Source: Azolla caroliniana (Eukaryota > Plantae > Polypodiophyta). Taken from it: a stretch of 64,000 bases of DNA. A program made the translations under genes and the position numbers. Within the stretch, counting starts at the first letter, position 1. Each line of letters starts with the position of its first letter. Positions 55,715 to 64,000 of the stretch are shown in pieces. Location of the stretch: NCBI GenBank assembly GCA_043228905.1, contig JBHGNT010000011.1, forward strand, positions 4,278,001 through 4,342,000, written 5' to 3'. The notes beneath the pieces are model-generated. The model saw only the letters and a list, made by a program, of their open reading frames with translations. It made no database searches and was not told the DNA's origin.

Positions 55715-57775
55715 ATTACTCAACTTATGTCTCATATGGGTTTTGGGGAAAGGATATCTCGAATATCGTTGTTGGTGGGATTAGGTGCAGTCTCACACGT
55801 TATGTTAAACAGTGGAGTTACTAAGGCAATACCATTGAAAAGATCACTTAGACAAGGATGCCCATTGAGTCCACTATTACTTGCAATTGCTACACACCCG
55901 ATTTTGGTGAGGATGCATGAGTTGGTGACACGTGGGGAAACAGTTGGATTAGCTCTACCATCATGGAAACATTTGATCGCCCAAGCATTGGCTGATGATT
56001 CATTTTTATTTCTCAAAGCAACACCTGATAACATAGCTAAAGCCATGGAGGTGTGGAATGTGTTCGCATTGGCATCAGGATTACATATAAATATGCAGAA
56101 GTCAATGCTCATTAGATGCACTGAGAGTGATTTGGTGGATCTTGGATGGGGTGGCCAAATATTAGATCAAGGGAATGTGGGTCGACACTTAGGTTACCCT
56201 ATTGGTGTCGATATCTCATCATCACAAAGTTTGAATTGGATATCGGGAACCATTTTGGACAAATTTATGTATTGGAAGTCTCAAGCATGGTCGTTTAGTA
56301 CTCGTCTCAAAGTGGTATAAGCTATAATGATTCCAATGATTTCTTATTTTTTGCCATTGTTACTGTGGACAAAGAAATCACTTGATCATTTAGCTCGTTC
56401 ACTTAAATATACACTATGGAAGAAAGACACAAACCTTGGTATGAGTTGGGTATCATGGAAAAATATTTGTACCCCAAAACAATTAGGGGGTGTTGCTTTA
56501 CTAAATTTAGAAGATCATATGGTGGCTCGAAGATTCAATCTTTTGAAAGGTATGTGCATAGGTACCCAACCTTGGGCAGAAATAATTACTTATTTTGTGG
56601 AAAAGGTTGGTATTTACCATGGGAAAACGAGAATTACAGCTTCGTGGTGGCATGTTGTTAAAAGTACCCGGCAAGTGTTCAGAATCTAGTATGGTTCAAC
56701 AATTGGTGCTTTCTTGGAAACAGTGTTTGTAGTTGTTTAATTGGAGGCCTCTTGAGTGCAGAAAAGATATAAATTCATTGGCAGCAGAGGTGTTAGCAGC
56801 TTCAAGGATATTACACTGGGAGGGAAAAGAAAGTCTAAATTCACAGTTCAATCGAATGGCAAGGCTAGGTTTGATAACTATAGAAGATGGTATTTTAGAG
56901 TCATGTAGGAAAATGATGGCCTTTCGGACAATCAGAAATAAGTTTCATATACCACGTGGATATGGGTATATTTGGCAATCAATATTGCCTAAATTAGTTT
57001 TCCCAATTCCAGAGTTGGTGGTCGAGGAACCATGGAAAGATTGGTCATTTGGTAATGGGAAATTGCTTTATGTGGTGCACACTAATGATGTGTACCATAA
57101 GTTGGTTGAAGATAGAGCTTGGTTTGAAAATAAGGTGTTGGATACATGGAGCATTACTAGAAATGTAAAGTGGTGGCGTAGAGTTTTAGATGCAGGGTGG
57201 CAGTTTCATCTTCCATTATGTGCAAAGGTGTTTCTTTGGCGTGCCATAGTTGGTGGGTTGCCTTTGGCAATGGCCTTAAAACGAAGACATATTTCGAATG
57301 GGACATGTTTTTTCTGTACGGTGTTTGAAGAAGATGTCAGACATAGGTTCATTACATGTTCGGTTGCTAAGGCCATTTGGGTGATTATGTCAAAAATTTA
57401 GGCATCAATAACATGGAATATTTTGTCACCTTATAAATGGGTTTTTATGGATGAGGATAAAGTTATGCCCACACCATCATATAAGGTGGTTTTTTATTAC
57501 CTTAGATATTGGGGGATGTGGTTTAATTGGACCATGAGAAATGAGTTCTTGTTTGATGGACTTCATGGGATAACAAATCCGTAGGATGAAAGGGAAATTG
57601 ATTTGGCAATTTTCACAACTATGTTGTATGGGGATCTTGTCCCAAGAGGAGATAGACTTATGTCATCTAGTTTTACAACACTTGAGAGGGTTTCCCTTGC
57701 ACTATCACTATCTATGAAGTAGTGAAGATAGCAAGGGGTGTATTATCATTTTGTTTTAATAACAAACATTGATTT

Positions 57776-57780
<5 letters not shown>

Positions 57781-57810
<30 letters not shown>

Positions 57811-58221
57811 AGACAACAACTTTGATTGGAAATAATCAATACTCTGTATACATGCAATGTGCTCAGTGAATGGAAATGGAGGGCAAGCACACAGTGTGTG
57901 AGAGAGAGATTGAGTAAGCAGACAACAAATATTCTATTTCAAAACTTAGTACTCAATACTTACAAATGTGCTCACAGAGCACTTTATATACAATGATGCT
58001 GACATGAGTACAATCAACCTATTCAATTCCATTAACATTGATTGACCTACAATATTCCTAAACTAAGTTAGATGCCTAGTTCCTTGATTTTAGTGTCATA
58101 ACGGCCTAACAGCCGATTCGGCCCTATGGCACCCTCTTTCGACAGATAGTCAATCTCTTTAGTCGATTCGCTCTCGGCTTCTTCGGCCGATTCAGTTCGA
58201 TGTTGATCTTGTCACTCAACA
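57781..58221 (-). mobile_element. LTR-X: U3/R half of an older C1-related copia LTR, broken at its (CT)n tract
   Basis: Minus strand starts TGTTGAGTGACAAGATCAAC (C1: TGTTGAGCGGCAAGCTCAAC) and aligns by eye with the C1 LTR through the TATA region and GAGCACA..TACAGAGT.TTGAT..TCTGCTCTCTC. Confidence 0.75.
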
Positions 58222-59107
58222 ATGGGGTGACTAAATGGCTTTTGGTAGATCGGTTTCGATCGATTCGACAGAAAATGGACATAGTTGTTTTTAGTCCAAT
58301 CGATTCAGGCAAAGCGATGACTTCAGCCCAGTCGATTCAAGCATAGAGATGATTTCGACTCAACCGATTCGGCATCAGATTTTGGCTCTGTTGATTCGGC
58401 AACTAACTTCAGCTCAGCTGATTCGGCAATTAAAGGAAGAACAAAGAAACTCCACCGACAGCAGCACATCATCATCTCTTTGTTGTATCTATACTTTATT
58501 TTTATTCTTAGAGATTCTTTTTAATACGCTCATTATGGGGGAGTATCGAATACACTAATATAATGGAAGTATTCACATTACTCCATTGCACAAACTAGAT
58601 CAAACTATTTTTGTAAATAGAATAAAGGGCAGTTGTCCTAATCTGGTTAGTATATAACCAGTTTGTAACCTAGTTCGTCATGGGGTTGTTGTTGCCATTT
58701 TTTAATAATACAGCTTGTATATTTGTGCCTCTCTTTCTCCCTCCTTTTGTTGCTAGTTACTTGCAGTTTGTTTTTTATCTCTCTATTCATCTTGTTCCAT
58801 ATCTATCATCTTGCTAGTTTTGAACCATACAATGTTGTGTTTTACTTCTCCATTGACGACTTAGTTCTCAACACTCTACCCATTTGTCCTTATAGTGAAC
58901 ACCCTTGTATAGTTAGGGCTTACTTACCCTATGTATAAATAAGAGGAACTCCTCTTTGTAACTAAGTTCGACGAGATTTGAATAATACAGTCTTTCTCTT
59001 GTGAAATTATGTAACTCTCTTTCATTCTCATTCTCCGTGTAACTGGTTAATGATTGAACAATACACCATCTCTTTACTTGTTTCATGTTTGCTTGCTCCT
59101 ATTAACA
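58222..59107 (+). mobile_element. Degenerate 3' end of another LTR element (PPT plus putative 3' LTR 58544-59107)
   Basis: GGGGGAG at 58537-58543, TATAAATA near 58934, ends ATTAACA; preceded by GATTCGGC repeats. No partner LTR to confirm. Confidence 0.45.
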
Positions 59108-60897
59108 AGATCCATATACATATTCTGGATAAGTCAACCAACCTCACACACTAGTTGACCAAGTCTCTAACAGAGACATCAAACTTTACCTCAAGTTTCA
59201 CACGAGTGTATTTAACGTTGAATCTGTCTCAATGATAGTCAATCTAATCCCTTTTGCAGTTTGCTGCCTCAATACTCCTTCAAACCACATTATTACCAAT
59301 TAACTTTCCCTCAAAAATTGGGGCTCTGTATTGACTTTTTCATTTCATTATATTTTGCACTCCAATGAATGTTAAATGAAAAGAGAGAAGAGAGAGCCAC
59401 ATATCCTTACCACAATTTTTTACCTGAAGAGTGAAACAGTAGGGATCAGGTGCATAAGATATGTATGTGCAACAGTGTGCACATGAAATACATATAATGC
59501 ATGCATGCAACACTTGAAGAGAAATGAAGGCAAACCAAATCATACAATATCTTGAGAAATAAATAACATATAGGGCCTAGGTATAGGGGAACTTGTAATG
59601 AATGTGCTTTAGATATCCACAATTGACAAGGTGGCCACATATCAAAAGGACATTGATCAAGATATGTTTCATGCTAAATGATAAAAGTGAATAGAGAAGA
59701 CCCAAACGTTATCAAATGCAACAAGTTAGTGCAAAACGTACATTCAATTTAAAGTTACATCAAAATCTTTGCAAATGTAAGAACCTTGATACTCAAATAC
59801 ATGTCATCCTTGTTGTATTGATGGTAAGTCATGTGTATTTCTAGAATTAGACTCATAAAACTACAACTTAGAGGTTTGAAAGTTATATCAACTGTGATTT
59901 TGTAAATGCTCTTCGGCATGCTTGTTAGTTGAGACTTGATATTAATATATAAAGAGGCATGGCACTTGGAATATTATCCTTGTCCAAGGCCTTATTTATT
60001 ATCATCATGTCATTAGGATCTCTATAGTTGCTTTTATATTAAATTAATTACATCCTTTCTTCCACATATGTTTATTAATGTTAAACTTGGGAATACATCT
60101 ATTCCAAAATAATTGTGGGCAATAAACAAGATATGTTTGCCCAATTTTCAAGTCACAATCAAGTAATAATACCTATCCAGGAGGAAGCAATTGCAATATA
60201 AGAAGAACCTATTCTTTCTGCATACTTTTTACTTGGTGAAATTTTGTATCGTTTGTTTATTCTTCTCAAAGAAAAGACAACATTTTAAGATGTAATGTCT
60301 TGCTTAGTTAGCTCGGCCATTTTGGCCAATTATAAGACATTATTGTTTCTTTCTTTTTAAAGTAACAAAAGTGTGACAAGTTTTGATAAATAATACTTAT
60401 GACTATTGTTGATATGACATTCTCGTGGATAATGTTCATACTCAAAGACATGTCACATGAACCTCTACAACGAATTATTCACATGGAATATGATAAATTC
60501 TTACATTGATCACCATTATTGATGCCAATTTACCATATGTAAATACAACACCAAACCATCCACCCCCTCCATCATTATATGATTGGCTATGTAAATTGTT
60601 AAAATTGAATACATTATGTCTTCTTGTTGACTCTAGACATTTCAACCTCAATATAATAGAGTGTACCAAGTAAGGTGAATCAAAATACTAAAGTGAAGAT
60701 CATGCCAAGATACATATGACATAAAAATTATTATAAGCTAGGAAATAATTTTGTTTTTTTAGAGTGAATACATAGTTGAAACGTAGATCATAATTGTCCT
60801 TTACAAATAATGAACTTGTTACCTACACAAAGAAGCAAAGTATAATGAAATCGAAGAATGACATCTCATTAAACTTATGTAAGGCTCTATAATGCTC

Positions 60898-60944
<47 letters not shown>

Positions 60945-61125
60945 AATAATGGCTTTCATTACAAAAGTAAAAAACACCACCATGACTAACTTACTACAAA
61001 GTGTAGAACCCTTCTAGGTATCAAAACAACGATGACTCCAAACTCAATGCCACCATACACACCAATTCAAATGAAGAATATGATGATATGTGACATGTAG
61101 AGTTCTATTTCTTCATGGTTGAATT

Positions 61126-61171
<46 letters not shown>

Positions 61172-62204
61172 TCTCTCTTAGATGCATGTGTCTACAAAAA
61201 AGTGTCATGTGTTTAGAGTTACAAATTGTATCACGCATCTAAAGTCTAAAGCATTTGCAGTCAGAAATGAATTTAAAATGAAAGATACATGTACAAGTAG
61301 AAGATTTTGTGAGTTCTTCAATGTTCATCTCGTAAAAGTTTGATCTCGAAGCTCATGATATTGTGGCATGTGTTGGAGAATCTTGGTCACATGGCGAGGA
61401 CTTGGATGTTTCAGATTGATGTCGTAAGAAAATTATGGCTATATATGCTAAAGAGAAAATCAAAAGACTTGACAGTTACGATGATTGATGTCACATGATT
61501 AAGGTATGGATGACTCGCTCTCTTTTTTAGGAAGATTGCATCGGAAATCCCAACCGGTTAAGTAATGGATAAAACAAATTGGCTATACTTGACTAGGGGA
61601 GGCTCATAGGGAAAATAATTGGTTCTTATTAGATCCACATTGATCTTCTTTTTATCGCTACTATCCCATCGAAAAGCATTCTGCATTTTTGTGAACTTTT
61701 ATGGGACTAGGGAGAGTGGTCCTAGTGAAGTGGATTCAAAATAATGTGACGTTTCTTGCGGATTTCTTGGAATTGGGAGAATTGGTTTCTAGGAAGGGAA
61801 AGGGAAGGGGGTATGTGTTTGGGGGAAGGGTTAAGTAAGTGGAGGGTCCCTCTCACCCCTTTTGCCCTCTTCTTACCTTTTGATAGATGGGAAGGTGGGG
61901 CACATGGTGTGGACAATGTCATGGGGGTGTACCAAATTCGTCATGGGATGGTTACTTTTGGAGATATTACTGACATTGTGAGATCTCAAAGCCCATGCAA
62001 GGGTGGTTGGGACTTGTGATCACAATTAAACATTTCGAGGTGAGGAAGATCTGTGGGGAGCTGTCCTTGTTGGTTGGATTCCCATCCCCACCCTCATTCT
62101 TTGCATGACACTATATGATGTATGTATGGTTTTTGTTCGTTGCTTGTAAAAGTGGTCACACACAACTAGACGAGGCAATTTGTCTATTTTTTATTCTTTT
62201 TATG

Positions 62205-62316
62205 CATGTATGTGTGTATGTATGTATGTGTGTATGTATGTGTGTATGTATGTATGTATGTATGTATGTATGTATGTATGTATGTATGTATGTTTGTATG
62301 TTTGTATGTATGTATG
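62205..62316. repeat. (TATG)n microsatellite
   Basis: Read directly from the sequence. Confidence 0.95.
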
Positions 62317-62514
62317 ACCCAAGGTACGGGGAGATCATAACATTTGTTTTGCTCTCAACTTATTAGTTTCACGTACAATGAATGACAATGTTGTTGTAAA
62401 AGAATAAACTCCACGAAGACATTCATCAAGCTGACATTTTACCTCTTACATCTGCATACATATCTTTTGAATGCAATTCTTGAGTGTTTTCGATCCGAAA
62501 GTTTTGTGATGAGA

Positions 62515-62906
62515 AAAACAAGACTTTGGTCTTAGAAGACGTAAATATATCTTTGTTTCTTTGAGGGGGGGGGGGACCTAATTAAGCCTTCTTTTCTTGG
62601 AGGATTTTTAAAAATAAATAAATGAAAATAAGTAATCCTTCTTTTGGGGGGGTTATTTATTTTTCTTTTTGTCTCGTTATTATTTTCTTTTTCTTTAGAT
62701 GAAAAAAAAAAAAACAAGACTTTGGTCTTAGAAGACGTTAATATATCTTTGTTTCTTTGAGGGGGGGGACCTAATTAAGCCTTCTTTTCTTGGAGGATTT
62801 TTAAAAATAAATAAATGAAAATAAGTAATCCTTCTTTTGGGGGGGGTTATTTATTTTTCTTTTTGTCTCGTTATTATTTTCTTTTTCTTTAGATGAAAAA
62901 AAAAAA
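62515..62906. repeat. 196-bp tandem duplication carrying an RTEX-like LINE 3' terminus
   Basis: AGACTTTGGTCTTAGAAGACG at 62521 and 62717; copies differ mainly in homopolymer lengths. Confidence 0.9.
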
Positions 62907-63029
62907 TTGCTAATTATTTTGAACAAGTAAACAAATAAAAAAAACGCGAAAAAATAAATATGAAATAAAGTTCGATTTCCTTTCTAATTTTCTCCATTTC
63001 GCAAAGCCTCCTTTTGACAGAGTCAACGC

Positions 63030-63130
63030 CGTTTTTTTGGCGCGAAAACCCGTCTCATACGCTACGTGTCGGCCCGAGAGATCCCCGCTGACGTCATCTT
63101 CCGCAGATTCCTTCCTTTTCTCTCTCAAAA
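63030..63130. promoter_or_regulatory. Putative host promoter cluster (E2F, ABRE/G-box-like, C-box, pyrimidine patch)
   Basis: TTTTGGCGCGAAAA ~63035-63048, ACGTGTC 63064-63070, TGACGTCA 63089-63096, in a CpG-retaining island within AT-rich DNA. Confidence 0.5.
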
Positions 63131-63299
63131 TTTGTGGAAGAAAAAGAAAAACACACAAAAAAAGAAGAAGAAGAAGAAGCTAGAATTATGATAAAAAGTT
63201 AAATTAAATTAAATTAAATTAAACCCTTCGGTTTCTTGTGAGCCTCATGATTATAATTTATATTTTATTTATTTGGTTTTTGGAGCCCATTCACATGCT

Positions 63300-63330
<31 letters not shown>

Positions 63331-64000
63331 GGGCATTTGTTAATGAAGTATTGGGCATACAAGATCATTTTCCATCAATTGATGATTTAACAAATTTGTC
63401 ATTTTAATTATTGTTTTTAGTTTTCTTTTTTTGTACATGGCCTTCATGCGAGCATCAAGGAACTATTGACTCTAATTGATTGGTTAACGTGATATGTGTA
63501 GTTGAGTCATCAACATAAGTAACCCCCCAAGGTTTAGGCCCATTGGCTGGCTACTCTTGCTTTATGCCTTATAGAAGTGGCAGTGCACACTTTGAGATAA
63601 GAGTTGTACCCTTCCTACAAGAGAGGGAGGCGAGTGACATGTTAATAACATGAAGGAAAAATAAGGACATGCTATACAATAGATGAAGTCGCCCATTTAT
63701 ATGGATTACCTCTAGATCTAAGTATAGATGATAACATCCAATTTCCAAACCACCAACCATATAGTGGTTGACACACCCCATTTTAATTGGTCGAGAGATG
63801 GCCCTTAAATTTGTCTTCACCAATGTGTGCTTACAGCTTTTTGGCCAAGTCATGAACTTTCCTCTACTATGTAAGATAGAGGCCAAATGTTAAATTGCAA
63901 AAACTTAAATAATCTTCAAGACAAAAGCATCACGTGAGCCTATAAACTAAAATTGATGACCGTATCCTAGCCATCAAAATAGCTTGGGGAAGGAACATAA

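Larger units (their letters stand above)
41522..57780 (+). mobile_element. L2: full-length L1/Tx1-like LINE, split by C5 and C6, flanked by (GA)n at both ends
   Basis: ORF1 41798-43225 (CFRCGHLGHFMAEC); ORF2 from 43232: TWNVRG, GDFN, SRLDRIY|..SNHFPI, KSPGWDG, WRPISL, LDIEKAYD|..RQGCPLSP, LADD, C-terminal CFFC..H..C. Frame rejoins across both copia insertions. Confidence 0.92.

Noticed and set aside
61260-62100. Possible decayed LINE remnant (GHMAR knuckle-like peptide, purine-rich stretch)
   Set aside because: Too degenerate to support a call by eye.
59405-62455. Possible minus-strand micro-exons (AG..GT at ~59411-59423, ~60173-60217, ~62443-62451)
   Set aside because: Such sites arise by chance in AT-rich DNA and no coherent protein could be assembled; needs RNA-seq.

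Overview
Plant heterochromatin-type window, probably from a non-seed plant such as a fern (inferred from the TE lineages). About 59 of the 64 kb resolve into one deeply nested retrotransposon pile. It holds six Ty1/copia elements (C1-C6) plus a solo LTR, three Ty3/gypsy elements (G1 Athila/Tat-like, G2 tRNA-Trp-primed, G3 self-priming chromovirus), and four LINE pieces (three RTEX-like on the minus strand, L0/L1/Lf, and one L1/Tx1-like on the plus strand, L2). Most boundaries were fixed by TG..CA ends, target-site duplications (TSDs) and in-frame rejoining of the interrupted host ORFs. No intact host protein-coding gene is evident; only a cis-element cluster near 63.0 kb suggests a host promoter. 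Most notable: (1) all four LINEs are joined end-to-end at (GA)n tracts and appear stacked inside the (CT)n microsatellite of an older copia LTR, suggesting microsatellite-targeting LINEs; (2) a tRNA-like Pol III A/B-box cassette in both LTRs of G3; (3) a G-GAT-TTT-TAG -1 frameshift site with a candidate pseudoknot placed after the protease of G2; (4) copia families with two polypurine tracts (PPTs), the functional one enclosed in a conserved hairpin; (5) an integration scar retaining an unprocessed cDNA end.
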